The notes: a model not told the origin generated them from the sequence alone. Shown: positions 18,544 through 28,650, counted from the first letter of the stretch. The stretch is 64,000 nt of DNA from Candidatus Obscuribacterales bacterium (GCA_965228855.1 CBDDIJ010000003.1:2272001-2336000); one strand, 5' to 3'. Made by a program: numbers and translations.

Positions 18544-19215
18544 ATGAGACTTAAATCCGGAAAGTTAGCAGGCGCAACGACCTTGGCACTTTCTTGCTTG
18601 TTAACGCTGACGTTTGTTCTGACCGGCTGCACGCCGCAGACAACTGAGAAAGCCAAGCCCGATCCGAACCAAGCTTTCATTGATAGCTTCTGCAAAGGCG
18701 AACCGGACATGACAGTCACTTTTCCGGAAGCAGAGTTTGCTAAAGCAAAGGAACTTCAGAAGCAGAAGAAACTTGACTCAGCGCAAAAACTTCTTCTGGA
18801 CAAACTCGAAGATGCGCGGAAGTCTGCAAGAGGCACCACCCAACTCGGTCAATACCTGACGCGCCTCAACAACATCTTTTTTGAAAGAGGCAACGACACT
18901 CAAGCAATAAAATACGGCGAAATTGCTTCCAAGATTTTCTACGATCAGCCCCTTGCCAAGCGTCCAATCGCTCCTTGGTTTGTAAACCTGCACTCCTATC
19001 TCGGTATGAGTTACGAGCGTATGGGCAAATATAAGGAAGCGGAACTGGAGTTCCAAAAGGCAATTCGGATTGCGACAAACGCACCGAGAGCTGAAGTAGC
19101 AGACGATTGGATGAGATTGTTGTACCAGCGTCTAGCAGCGTGCTTCGACGCACAGAAGCAGCCGGAAAAGGCGAAGAAGGTACGCGAATCGCTGAAGAAT
19201 TTGAAACGAGGATAG
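18544..19215 (+). CDS. TPR-repeat lipoprotein
   Basis: Lipobox VLTGC; TPR-like LGMSYERMGKYKEAE.EFQKA. Confidence 0.75.
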   Translation: MRLKSGKLAGATTLALSCLLTLTFVLTGCTPQTTEKAKPDPNQAFIDSFCKGEPDMTVTFPEAEFAKAKELQKQKKLDSAQKLLLDKLEDARKSARGTTQLGQYLTRLNNIFFERGNDTQAIKYGEIASKIFYDQPLAKRPIAPWFVNLHSYLGMSYERMGKYKEAELEFQKAIRIATNAPRAEVADDWMRLLYQRLAACFDAQKQPEKAKKVRESLKNLKRG

Positions 19216-19869
19216 TTGGAAGCGGCAGAGGGCCACAAACTGTCAAAGAACGCTCGATTGCAGGAAACTCAGTCAGTCAGCGAAAGCGGATTTCAGTTCA
19301 CTGACCTTTTTTTCTCAAGAAAGCTCTGGCAGCGCATTCGCAAGCCGCTCATCAGCACCGGATTGTTTGTCATACTCTCGACATTCATCATCTATCTTCT
19401 TCTGCCCAATCTTGTTCTTGCGCGGCTTGTTGAGCCACTTCATAAGTTCATAGCCTTTTTCAACCTGGCACAGGGCTATGGAGTTTTCGCACCGAATCCG
19501 ACAACTAAGAACTCGCATATAGTCGGTGTCGTCTTCTACACCGATGGGTCTTCGAGACTCTACGAGTTCCCGCGGCTCGACAGGATTTCCATGACAAATA
19601 AGTTGTGGAAAGAGCGTTATCGCAAATTTCTGGAAGACAACATCCCACAAAAACGCAACGCGCATCTGGTTAACGACGTCGCCCGTTTTGTTGCCAGGGA
19701 AACCGATATATTCCCGAAAAACTCAAGCACGAGCAACAGACCGGAAACAGTCATGCTGCTCAATTATTACGCCGAAGCTCCACCGATTCATGCCCACAAA
19801 CATAGTCCGTCGCACTTCAACATGCGCGTGCTCTGCACTTATTCGGTGACCAGGGAAGATCTCCAATGA
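19216..19869 (+). CDS. SdpA/DUF5819-like membrane-anchored protein (paralog 1)
   Basis: One TM segment; QGYGVFAPNP, DGS.RLYEFPR, ERYRKF..DN. Overlaps the downstream HTTM gene by 4 nt. Confidence 0.65.
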   Translation: MEAAEGHKLSKNARLQETQSVSESGFQFTDLFFSRKLWQRIRKPLISTGLFVILSTFIIYLLLPNLVLARLVEPLHKFIAFFNLAQGYGVFAPNPTTKNSHIVGVVFYTDGSSRLYEFPRLDRISMTNKLWKERYRKFLEDNIPQKRNAHLVNDVARFVARETDIFPKNSSTSNRPETVMLLNYYAEAPPIHAHKHSPSHFNMRVLCTYSVTREDLQ

Positions 19870-20798
19870 AAATTGCAGAAATAGCAGCGGGCTGGGATAG
19901 ATTTTTCTTTTCACCGGTGTCACCATATCCGGTGGCAGCTTATCGAATTCTACAAGGTTGTATTTACCTGCAATTCGCTCTGGCTCTCGGTCCCGACCTA
20001 CAAGTCTGGTACGGATATCCTGGAATCATTCTGGAAAGCACTTTGGCTGCCGACGGAATAAATAAACTGAATGTACTGAGTTACTACCACAACAACGAAT
20101 GGGTTCTGGCTGTTTGGCTCATCTTGATCGCGGCATCCATTTGCCTGACTATTGGCTTCCAGACTCGAATTGCATCGATTATTCTATTCACCATCCTTGT
20201 CACCTACTCAAACAGAAACGCATATCTATTCAATGCTGGCGACACTTATTTGCGTTCGGTTGCCTTTTGGCTCGTGTTCGCTCCAAGTGCAGAAGTCTGG
20301 TCAGTCGATAGCTGGTTGAAGAATCGAAAAAAGGCTCCTTTCGATCCACTGGTCAGCGCCTGGGTTTGGCGCGCCTTGCAGTTGCAGTTGTGCTTCGTTT
20401 ATTACTCCGCCTTTTACACCAAGACGAGCGGATGGTATTGGTCTGTCGGCGAGGCTGTCTACATAGCGTCCAGGTTCGAATCGCTATTCCGGCTTCCATT
20501 GCCGTTTACCTTCGATGACGCACTCCTTGCCAGCATATTCACGTTTGGAACTTTAGCAGTGGAAGCGGCGCTTTACACGCTCATCTGGGTAAAAGAACTG
20601 CGGTACTACGTCATCGCTCTGGGCACATGTCTACACCTTACCATCGATTGGTGCATGAGCATTCCAATGTTTGAATGGATGATGATTGTGTCATTTGTCC
20701 TTTTCATCGACTCGGTCGACATCACAAATTTTGTCGCAGCGATGAAGCGCTGGCTGAAGAGTCCGCTGAAGGTTCTTCAGACACCAACAAAAGCTTAG
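19866..20798 (+). CDS. HTTM-domain (SdpB/vitamin-K-dependent carboxylase-like) membrane protein (paralog 1)
   Basis: AAYRILQG, GFQTR, NAGD..LR, W..RALQLQLC.VY......K.....W..G, H..ID..M.IPMF. Confidence 0.85.
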   Translation: MKIAEIAAGWDRFFFSPVSPYPVAAYRILQGCIYLQFALALGPDLQVWYGYPGIILESTLAADGINKLNVLSYYHNNEWVLAVWLILIAASICLTIGFQTRIASIILFTILVTYSNRNAYLFNAGDTYLRSVAFWLVFAPSAEVWSVDSWLKNRKKAPFDPLVSAWVWRALQLQLCFVYYSAFYTKTSGWYWSVGEAVYIASRFESLFRLPLPFTFDDALLASIFTFGTLAVEAALYTLIWVKELRYYVIALGTCLHLTIDWCMSIPMFEWMMIVSFVLFIDSVDITNFVAAMKRWLKSPLKVLQTPTKA

Positions 20799-20803
20799 CG
20801 TCA

Positions 20804-21556
20804 CTATTTTGCTTCGCGTGGCGCGAAGACAAGCTCATTTGCGTAAAACTTCTGATTGAGTTCGAGTATCTTAGACAGCTCTTCTCGACCTTGTTCTCGG
20901 CCAGGACGCTCGCGCGCGAGTTCTTCAAGAAGCTGCTTGCAGCTATCGAAATCGCGCGTGCTGTTTTTCGAATAACTGGTGACAAGATTCGCGTTGAGCG
21001 GCTCGTACCGGTCGAACATCTCTGAGCGCAAGTAGCTGGCCACGCCCCGGTCGTTCAAAATCCGGGCACGAAGCAACTTTGCTTCGTACGAAGATTGAGA
21101 CTCCAGTGATTTTAGATTGAGAGTGTACTGCTTTATGGCCGCATCGATGTCCTTCAAACTCATATATAGGAATGCGAGTTTACTGCGAAGTTTAAGAAGC
21201 TCAGCCGGTTTCAAGCTAACGTCATCGAGCGATTTGACATAGTCACTAAGGAGTTCGCGAGCCTTAACTTCCTGCCCGGTATTTAAATGCGCAATTATGA
21301 GATCGGCGCGTATCAGGTCAATTGTTGGAATATCAGGCGGAACCTTACTTTCAGCCTTTTTCAGATCGAGAGTCAGTCGGTAGAGATCGTTGTTGGGCGC
21401 GACAACCTTGGACCTGCTCGTCCAATTTAAAACAACCACCATGGTCGTAAGCCAGACCAATCCCAACCAGACGGCAGCGCGGCCGAAGTCACCTGGCGTC
21501 AACCTAGACACCAGTTTTTCGATTGAAAGACGCTTCGTTTTTTTTGACTTCGCCAT
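20804..21556 (-). CDS. Membrane-anchored TPR-like protein
   Basis: One TM segment; LAFLYMSLKD.DAAI, ARILNDRGVASYL. Resembles the 32966-33712 protein. Confidence 0.6.
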   Translation of the reverse strand: MAKSKKTKRLSIEKLVSRLTPGDFGRAAVWLGLVWLTTMVVVLNWTSRSKVVAPNNDLYRLTLDLKKAESKVPPDIPTIDLIRADLIIAHLNTGQEVKARELLSDYVKSLDDVSLKPAELLKLRSKLAFLYMSLKDIDAAIKQYTLNLKSLESQSSYEAKLLRARILNDRGVASYLRSEMFDRYEPLNANLVTSYSKNSTRDFDSCKQLLEELARERPGREQGREELSKILELNQKFYANELVFAPREAK

Positions 21557-21860
21557 TTACCTATATATAGGTTGCTTCGCAGGAGGGAGCTAAAACATCT
21601 TGATACTGCTCGTGATACTAAGCATAGAGGCTGATTCAGTTTTGTAAAAATCTTTACAACAGCCAAAATAGACCGTAACGCCCCTCCCACAATCGATTCC
21701 CTGGAAAACTGAAATTCGTGAAGTGTGAAAATTGTTTGCGCAGTGGGCATGATAGTGATGTCTATTAGAAATGCTCATGCGCGATCCATCATGCATTTGG
21801 GTATACTCGATAGATCAGATAGACAGCCCAAACACAGCATCCTGTCTAAGCTTGACGCGA

Positions 21861-21890
21861 TTGACATCTCAAAAAAGCGCGTGATAGGAT
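21861..21890 (+). promoter_or_regulatory. Sigma70-type promoter upstream of the first pilin gene
   Basis: TTGACA (21861-21866), 18-nt spacer, TGaTAGGAT extended -10 (21882-21890). Confidence 0.6.
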
Positions 21891-22065
21891 TGAAATAACT
21901 CAGATTCCGTGGTGTCATTTGGCCTTGCGCTTGATGACATGTTTGCATCCGGTCCCTATAAGAGTTGTGCCAGGGAGCATAAAATACCGGAGGAGTTCTT
22001 ACTAAATCTTTTTTCTCTCAAGTACTTGTGGATAGTTTCTATTAATGGCACGGTGGACCAAAAAT

Positions 22066-22656
22066 ATGACTCGTAGACGTTCATCAATAAAAAGACGTGG
22101 AAAGACCGGAGCTATGGCTGCCGAATACGTCGCGACCATGTACCTTTTGTTCATCTTTATGTTTTTCCCGATTCTTAATTTGGGTACAGTCGGACTGAAT
22201 GCATTCTTCCTCTGGTTTGCGACAAACTGCGCAGCCACAGTGGGAGCCAAATCACAGTGCTTCCAGCAAGCTGTGCAGATTCCATCAGGGACCGGTCCCT
22301 GGTATCCGGGCGCATATGATACCGCCCGAGCAAAGGCGACCGAGATCAGAAATATGTTCCCCGGTATCAGCTGGGTGGCAACAGCTACCAACCCTGAAGT
22401 CAAGGCGATTGCAGAACCTATCGACCCGGCGGCGGGACTGTCTCCCTATCAGCACATCGGACCCGGTGCATGGCCTGCCGGCGCTCCGCGCCCGGACCCG
22501 GATCAATATACTTTGCTTCTGCGTGTGACCATTAACGGCGCAGCCTCGCCACTGATCGTGGTGCCCTGGTTCAACGTACCGGGTCTGAGCAAGCCGATGC
22601 AACTTCAGATGGTGTCGCAAGCACAATTTGAGAACCCGCCTGGTCTGTTGTTCTAG
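22066..22656 (+). CDS. TadE/Flp-type prepilin-like protein
   Basis: Basic leader, G|AMAAE class III signal (Glu at +5), hydrophobic helix, ..AATVGA. GGTGGA SD favours a start at 22066. Confidence 0.75.
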   Translation: MTRRRSSIKRRGKTGAMAAEYVATMYLLFIFMFFPILNLGTVGLNAFFLWFATNCAATVGAKSQCFQQAVQIPSGTGPWYPGAYDTARAKATEIRNMFPGISWVATATNPEVKAIAEPIDPAAGLSPYQHIGPGAWPAGAPRPDPDQYTLLLRVTINGAASPLIVVPWFNVPGLSKPMQLQMVSQAQFENPPGLLF

Positions 22657-22678
22657 AACCTGGCTTCATCAAGAATTC

Positions 22679-22712
22679 AAAGCCTCGGACCAATGGTCTG
22701 GGGCTTTTTCTT
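22679..22712 (+). terminator. Intrinsic terminator
   Basis: AAAGCCTCGGACC-aat-GGTCTGGGGCTTT followed by a T-run. Confidence 0.75.
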
Positions 22713-22894
22713 GTAAGACACGCATTTCTGTTTCAAATCTAAAAATCTTCCTCACAAAGTCCTCACACAACTTCCATAAGGTGGAAAGTAGGAAATTGTG
22801 CCTATTCGTAAGAACCAGGGAACGAAGAACTCCCGCATGGCACGGTTAGGAATATCGACTCATTTACCACTTCAGAGGAGAACCAGGAGCACTT

Positions 22895-25624
22895 ATGCTC
22901 AAACCACGAAAGATCCGTGATCAAAAAGGGGCTGCAGTGACTGGACTCGTCATTGCGCTTATGTTCTTCATACTCATGGCTGGCTTGTTCGCTTTTGACG
23001 CCAGCCGAGTTCAGATGGCCCAACGGGAATTGACGGCAACTTGCGACGCCGCGGCTCTTGCTGGAACAGCCATGTTGACGAGTTATGACGTAAGTAACGA
23101 CACAGGCCCACCCGCTTCAACGCAGCCGGCAGGAAGCAAACTGCTGGATGCGCAAAACAACTCTGGTGCTTATTCGTACAACATGTTCCTGATGGGCAAC
23201 GTGCTTGGAAAGTGGATTCGTCCGCAGACCGCGCTCGTATCCACAGTCGGACAATTGGGCACGACAACCGATGGCGAAGTCAAAGTTTGTATCGGTCTCG
23301 TCGACCCATTGAATGGATATTCATCGGTACCACCTGTGATACCAGGTAACGCAGCAGGCACCGCGATTGGTGTATACGCAGGGTATGGATATCACCCGGC
23401 GTTTATCTCATTTTTCGGTGTTGGTAACGTTGGTATCAGAGCATCATCGGTCGGCGGCTTGCCGCAGGTCGACGCGGTTCTCGTACTCGACCTTTCCGGA
23501 TCGATGGACGATCTGACGCCGGTAACGCTGGTGAAGCGTTATTGGGATGCGCACCGCGGTGCCAACATGCAGGTATCAACAGCCTACAATGTCACCCCTG
23601 GATACACCACTGCAGCTTACACGCAGCTGAGTACTTCAGGCGGTGTTCCGTCTCAAGTTGTCTATGATGAGCCGGACCCGAACAGAGGCTACAACGGTCC
23701 AGCCACCGACAACAGAGGTTGGACAGACGAGCGACACGTCGCCACTCCCCTGATTAACACCATGATGTCTGGCAACAGTGCATCACCTTACACGCATACA
23801 AATCCTCCAACTTATGCCACCGACCTGACGACTGCCGATCTGGCGTCACAATCAACCGGGGCAAGTTTGGTAAACGGCACGCCCGAGAAGAACGGTAGTC
23901 CCGATAATATTTTCAATCCGGACTTCGATGAGTTTCAGGGGCATGGCTGCGTGACCTATCTAGAGACCAGACACCCGAATGCAAACCAGAGCATTATCGA
24001 GTACGTCGGTCTGGACACAGCGACTTATCTGACCGGTACGTCGTTGAACGCACTTCCTCCGCAGAACCTCGGCTTCTCGGAGAAAGGGACTGTGTTGTCT
24101 GGTGACTCCACGATTGTTTTCAAAAACTATTTGAGACATTCGCCGGACAAAAATGACTACAACAGCGCTCCCGGTAACTGCCCCCTGATTAAGTCGGGAG
24201 TCGGGTCCGGAGTACAGACGATGTCCGGCTTCGGCTGGGTGACCTCAGGCGGCAGATGTTCGCCTTACAAGAACTACCTGACTGACCACCTTCACTATCC
24301 TCTGGCTCCAGCCAGCGGCATGGTCGGTGCGACGCTCAAGCCGCCCTACAATCACAGCGTTATCTATACGGATCTCGTTGTAAACTTCGGCGCTCCAACC
24401 AACGGTCAGAAGCCGATTCAACCGGTTTGGGGACCAAACATATTCCAGGCCGTCAACTATACATTCGGCGACTCGAGTGTTGAGGACGACTCTGTAATTC
24501 AGGGCAACTCATATAGTTTCCCGAACATCGCCGTGCTCGTTGAAGCGTCCAGAGGCAACCTTGATTCACCTGGAACAGGCAGCACAGGCAACTTCGATTC
24601 GACGGCGCTGCACAGAGGTTACGACCTCCGCGGCGGAGAAGGCACGTATCAGGCGTACTACTCCCCCAGTCTCACCGGGATGAATACGAACGCCGGACTC
24701 GTCCAACCTCAAGTGGGCTATCAACGAGCCTATCAACGACTGGCAATGTGGTATTCACAGCCAATCGCAACCACGCTAGATTCATGCGACCAGGCATTCT
24801 TCCAACGTCTGGCGGCTCTTACAGATTGCCGTTTCGGTCTCGTTGGATTCTCCGATCGCTGGACTCTCAGCGGCAACCCTGCTAACAGCGTTGCTTCAGC
24901 AAATACAGGTGTGTTCGGTTCATCCGCAAACTACACCGCAAGCGGTCCATCCGCTAACAGCTACTACTACGACATCAGCTTCACTGGCGTCGTGAACACA
25001 ACTCACGTCTGGGACGGACGGATCGGTCCCTCTGATGCATCTTGTGCGGTTCGACACGAATGTCGAGTGGACCAGAGCGCAGGCGGAGGTACGGGACAGG
25101 GGTTCAGGCTTCCCCGATTCCCACTTAACTCAAGCTTGAATAAGGCCGCATGTTTGCGAAACATGCAAAAGGGTTCTCCTTCCGGATCAACCTGGGCCTG
25201 GTCTAATCCGGACCACGGGGACGGACTGTACAACGGTCGACCGCTTAACGGCACAATGTGCTCAGAGGCGCTCGAAACAGCCCGACTCGCATTCCAAACA
25301 GCGCCGTACTCGATACGGCCCGGAAGTAAGCGCGCCATCATCTTCTTCACAGATGGTGTGCCGGTTCCACCTACTGAGGCAGGTCCTAGCGGCAACACAG
25401 CCGACGCTTGCCAGACAGACGGTATAGCCATCTTCTCGATTGGCTTGAACATGCTAGGAAATGGAGACCTTACAAACCAGCAAACTGCATTCCTCGGAAA
25501 CAGCAGTGGCGGTCTGTCTGGTAGAGCCAAGAACGGCGGTCGATTCTTCATGTGTAATGATGTGACCCAGGTTCAACAGGCGTTCTCCTCGATCGCACGC
25601 CGTCTGACGCAATCTCAGAAATAA
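22895..25624 (+). CDS. TadG-like pilin/adhesin with a split vWA domain
   Basis: RDQKG|AAV leader; FAFD.SR......REL...CDAAALAG (TadG N-terminus); MIDAS LVLDLSGSM; C-terminal GLVGFS, IIFFTDG, IFSIG, AF..IAR. Confidence 0.85.
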   Translation: MLKPRKIRDQKGAAVTGLVIALMFFILMAGLFAFDASRVQMAQRELTATCDAAALAGTAMLTSYDVSNDTGPPASTQPAGSKLLDAQNNSGAYSYNMFLMGNVLGKWIRPQTALVSTVGQLGTTTDGEVKVCIGLVDPLNGYSSVPPVIPGNAAGTAIGVYAGYGYHPAFISFFGVGNVGIRASSVGGLPQVDAVLVLDLSGSMDDLTPVTLVKRYWDAHRGANMQVSTAYNVTPGYTTAAYTQLSTSGGVPSQVVYDEPDPNRGYNGPATDNRGWTDERHVATPLINTMMSGNSASPYTHTNPPTYATDLTTADLASQSTGASLVNGTPEKNGSPDNIFNPDFDEFQGHGCVTYLETRHPNANQSIIEYVGLDTATYLTGTSLNALPPQNLGFSEKGTVLSGDSTIVFKNYLRHSPDKNDYNSAPGNCPLIKSGVGSGVQTMSGFGWVTSGGRCSPYKNYLTDHLHYPLAPASGMVGATLKPPYNHSVIYTDLVVNFGAPTNGQKPIQPVWGPNIFQAVNYTFGDSSVEDDSVIQGNSYSFPNIAVLVEASRGNLDSPGTGSTGNFDSTALHRGYDLRGGEGTYQAYYSPSLTGMNTNAGLVQPQVGYQRAYQRLAMWYSQPIATTLDSCDQAFFQRLAALTDCRFGLVGFSDRWTLSGNPANSVASANTGVFGSSANYTASGPSANSYYYDISFTGVVNTTHVWDGRIGPSDASCAVRHECRVDQSAGGGTGQGFRLPRFPLNSSLNKAACLRNMQKGSPSGSTWAWSNPDHGDGLYNGRPLNGTMCSEALETARLAFQTAPYSIRPGSKRAIIFFTDGVPVPPTEAGPSGNTADACQTDGIAIFSIGLNMLGNGDLTNQQTAFLGNSSGGLSGRAKNGGRFFMCNDVTQVQQAFSSIARRLTQSQK

Positions 25625-25655
25625 TCTCGAGTTTATTCCCGATTGCGAATCACTT

Positions 25656-25692
25656 AAATTGCCTGCATCCGAAAGGTTGCAGGCAATTTTTT
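25656..25692 (+). terminator. Intrinsic terminator
   Basis: AAATTGCCTGCAtCC-GAAA-GGtTGCAGGCAATTT followed by a T-run. Confidence 0.8.
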
Positions 25693-25934
25693 TGCTTTGA
25701 ACCCAGCCCATCCTCCTTCGTCCGCCAGAAATTCCTGCAGGGGAAACCGTAAGCCGTGAAATCTTGGGGGTTTTGGGGAATTGTATTAGAGGCGGATAGT
25801 ATCGGCTTCGATAGCATCTGCTTGTCGACGGTCAACATCCCCAAATTGCCCATGTGTTGATACTTTTCACGTACACTTCACGTTCGCAATCTAGGATGTT
25901 AATGTAGGCAATTTCTCTTTTTTGGAGGAGTTCT

Positions 25935-28520
25935 GTGAATAACCAAAATCAGCGTCCAAACAGAAGAAAGAAAAATCTTCTGAAGCGCTTGAAAGGTATC
26001 ACCGCTATTGAACTCGCGGCAATCGTGTCGATTCTCATCGTCATTTGCGCCCTGACATTCAATATATGTATTCTCATATTCTCTGCGGATATGTGCGACC
26101 GGGCTTGCAGAGACTGCGCCCGAGCCGCCGGACAAATGTCCACTCCGAAGGAAGCGGTCGACGCCATGAACGCGTGTTTGCTGCATCACAAGACCTCAGG
26201 TGGTTTTGTGATTACGTCATTCAATGCAGAGCTTCTCGTCTACGAGGACTACATCGATCACAGTAACGATCCGAATCCTCCGGGTCCGCCTGCGATGCCA
26301 CCTCCGAACTCTTCTTACAATACCCAGACAACTACAGCGGATCCGCAAGTTCTTGCAGACCCGCTTCACCGTGTTCCGGCTCCGGTACTCGGTGGTTGCC
26401 CTGGTCCATTCGTAATGGTCCGGACAAATCTGACATCGCGGATTCCGGCACCGATCTTCTTTTTCGGTGCTCACTTCCAGGGCAATAGCGGAAACTTGAT
26501 GGACTTTTCGAGTGTGTACACGTTCCCAATTACGAACACACTCGGACCTCTTGCTGTAGCGCAAACCGGCTCCGACCCTAACCCGGGCGGACCGACCTCT
26601 ACAGGTACTACTGAACCCGTTATTGGTCAAACCACTTCCAATCCACAGGCCGGTCCTTCCGGTCCGTTGGGACCAGGCGGTCCTGGCGGTCCAGTAGGTC
26701 CCGGTGGTCCTCTAGGTCCTGGCGGTCCTAACGGTCCTGGCGGACCTCAAGGTCCTGGTGGACCTCAAGGTCCCGGCGGTCCTGAAGGTCCCGGCGGTCC
26801 TGGTGGTCCCCAAGGTCCTGGCGGTCCTGGTGGTCCCGGCGGTCCTGAAGGTCCCGGCGGTCCGGCTGGTCCTGGTGGACCTGGCGGTCCTGGCGGTCCT
26901 GAAGGTCCCGGTGGTCCCGGTGGTCCTGCCGGTCCCGGCGGTCCTGGTGGTCCTCTCGGTCCTGGTGGTCCTTCCGGTCCACTCGGTCCTGGCGGTCCCT
27001 TAGGTCCTGGCGGTCCTGGTGGTCCTGCTGGTCCTGGCGGTCCTAGCGGTCCTGGCGGTCCTGCCGGCCCCGGTGGTCCTAAAGGTCCTGAAGGACCTGG
27101 CGGTCCCGGTGGTCCTGGTGGTCCGGCCGGTCCTGGTGGTCCTAGCGGTCCTGGCGGTCCTGGTGGTCCGAAGGGTCCTGGCGGTCCTGGTGGACCGAAA
27201 GGTCCTGGCGGTCCTAAGGGTCCTAGTGGTCCCGGCGGTCCTGGTGGTCCTAAGGGTCCTGCCGGTCCTGGCGGTCCTTCCGGTCCTGGTGGTCCTAAGG
27301 GTCCTGGTGGACCTGGTGGTCCTTCCGGTCCTGGCGGTCCCGGCGGTCCTGGCGGTCCTGCTGGTCCTGGCGGTCCTTCCGGTCCTGGCGGTCCTGCTGG
27401 TCCTGGTGGTCCTTCCGGTCCTGGTGGACCTGGCGGTCCTTCCGGTCCTGGCGGTCCCGGCGGTCCTGGTGGTCCGAAGGGTCCTGGCGGTCCTTCCGGT
27501 CCCGGTGGTCCCGGTGGTCCTGGCGGTCCTGTAGGTCCCAATGGACCTAGCGGTCCCGGTGGTCCTGGCGGTCCTAAGGGTCCTGGTGGTCCTTCCGGTC
27601 CTGGCGGTCCTTCCGGTCCTGGCGGTCCTTCCGGTCCTGGTGGTCCTTCCGGTCCTGGTGGACCTGGCGGTCCTAAGGGTCCTGGTGGTCCTTCCGGTCC
27701 TGGCGGTCCTTCCGGTCCTGGCGGTCCTTCCGGTCCTGGTGGTCCTTCCGGTCCTGGTGGTCCGAAGGGTCCTAGCGGTCCCGGTGGTCCCGGCGGTCCT
27801 GGTGGCCCGAGCGGTCCTGGTGGTCCCGGCGGTCCTAAAGGTCCTTCCGGCCCTGGTGGTCCTGGCGGTCCTAAGGGTCCTGGTGGTCCTGGCGGTCCTA
27901 AGGGTCCTGGCGGTCCTAAAGGTCCTTCCGGTCCTGGCGGTCCTTCCGGCCCTGGCGGTCCTAAGGGTCCTGGTGGTCCTTCCGGCCCTGGTGGTCCTGG
28001 CGGTCCTAAGGGTCCTGGTGGTCCTTCCGGTCCTGGTGGTCCTTCCGGTCCTGGTGGTCCTTCCGGTCCTGGTGGTCCTTCCGGTCCTGGTGGTCCTTCC
28101 GGCCCTGGTGGTCCTTCCGGTCCTGGTGGTCCTGGTGGTCCTAGCGGCCCTGGTGGTCCTGGCGGTCCTAAGGGTCCTAGCGGTCCTGGTGGTCCTTCCG
28201 GCCCTGGTGGTCCTAAAGGTCCTAGCGGTCCTGGTGGTCCAAGCGGTCCTGGCGGTCCTTCCGGCCCTGGTGGTCCAAGCGGTCCTGGTGGTCCAAGTGG
28301 TCCTGGCGGTCCTTCCGGTCCTGGTGGACCTGGTGGTCCTGCCGGTCCTGGTGGTCCTGCCGGTCCTGGCGGTCCCGGTGGTCCCGGTGGTCCAAGCGGT
28401 CCTGCTGGTCCTGCAGGTCCAATGGGTCCCGGTGGTCCTCTCGGTCCTGCTGGTCCTCTCGGCCCTGGTGGCCCTGGTGGAGCAGCTGGTCCTGCGGGAA
28501 GTACCGCGCCAATCGGATAA
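25935..28520 (+). CDS. TadE-like pilin with a C-terminal collagen-like (Gly-Pro-X)n tail
   Basis: GGAGG SD before [12 protein letters not shown] class III signal; hydrophobic helix; [12 protein letters not shown] (TadE); then Gly-X-Y repeats from residue 240. Confidence 0.85.
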   Translation: MNNQNQRPNRRKKNLLKRLKGITAIELAAIVSILIVICALTFNICILIFSADMCDRACRDCARAAGQMSTPKEAVDAMNACLLHHKTSGGFVITSFNAELLVYEDYIDHSNDPNPPGPPAMPPPNSSYNTQTTTADPQVLADPLHRVPAPVLGGCPGPFVMVRTNLTSRIPAPIFFFGAHFQGNSGNLMDFSSVYTFPITNTLGPLAVAQTGSDPNPGGPTSTGTTEPVIGQTTSNPQAGPSGPLGPGGPGGPVGPGGPLGPGGPNGPGGPQGPGGPQGPGGPEGPGGPGGPQGPGGPGGPGGPEGPGGPAGPGGPGGPGGPEGPGGPGGPAGPGGPGGPLGPGGPSGPLGPGGPLGPGGPGGPAGPGGPSGPGGPAGPGGPKGPEGPGGPGGPGGPAGPGGPSGPGGPGGPKGPGGPGGPKGPGGPKGPSGPGGPGGPKGPAGPGGPSGPGGPKGPGGPGGPSGPGGPGGPGGPAGPGGPSGPGGPAGPGGPSGPGGPGGPSGPGGPGGPGGPKGPGGPSGPGGPGGPGGPVGPNGPSGPGGPGGPKGPGGPSGPGGPSGPGGPSGPGGPSGPGGPGGPKGPGGPSGPGGPSGPGGPSGPGGPSGPGGPKGPSGPGGPGGPGGPSGPGGPGGPKGPSGPGGPGGPKGPGGPGGPKGPGGPKGPSGPGGPSGPGGPKGPGGPSGPGGPGGPKGPGGPSGPGGPSGPGGPSGPGGPSGPGGPSGPGGPSGPGGPGGPSGPGGPGGPKGPSGPGGPSGPGGPKGPSGPGGPSGPGGPSGPGGPSGPGGPSGPGGPSGPGGPGGPAGPGGPAGPGGPGGPGGPSGPAGPAGPMGPGGPLGPAGPLGPGGPGGAAGPAGSTAPIG
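26652..28505 (+). repeat. 9-bp-period coding repeat (GGY CCN NNN), 206 Gly-X-Y triplets
   Basis: 1854 nt with Gly at every third residue, X = Pro in all but two triplets near the end, Y = mainly G, S, K, A, with some E, L, Q. Confidence 0.95.
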
Positions 28521-28561
28521 GCCAACGCCAACCGATAGACGAGAAGTACGTAAAAAAATTG

Positions 28562-28597
28562 AGGCTCCCCGGTTTGCTCCCGGGGAGACCTTTTTTT
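28562..28597 (+). terminator. Intrinsic terminator, probably bidirectional
   Basis: AGG-CTCCCCGG...CCGGGGAG-aCCT followed by a T-run, with an A-run upstream. Lies between convergent genes. Confidence 0.75.
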
Positions 28598-28650
28598 ATG
28601 GAGATGTTTCTGAAAGACGAGAGCTAAGTCGCACCACCCTCGGTGCGCAA

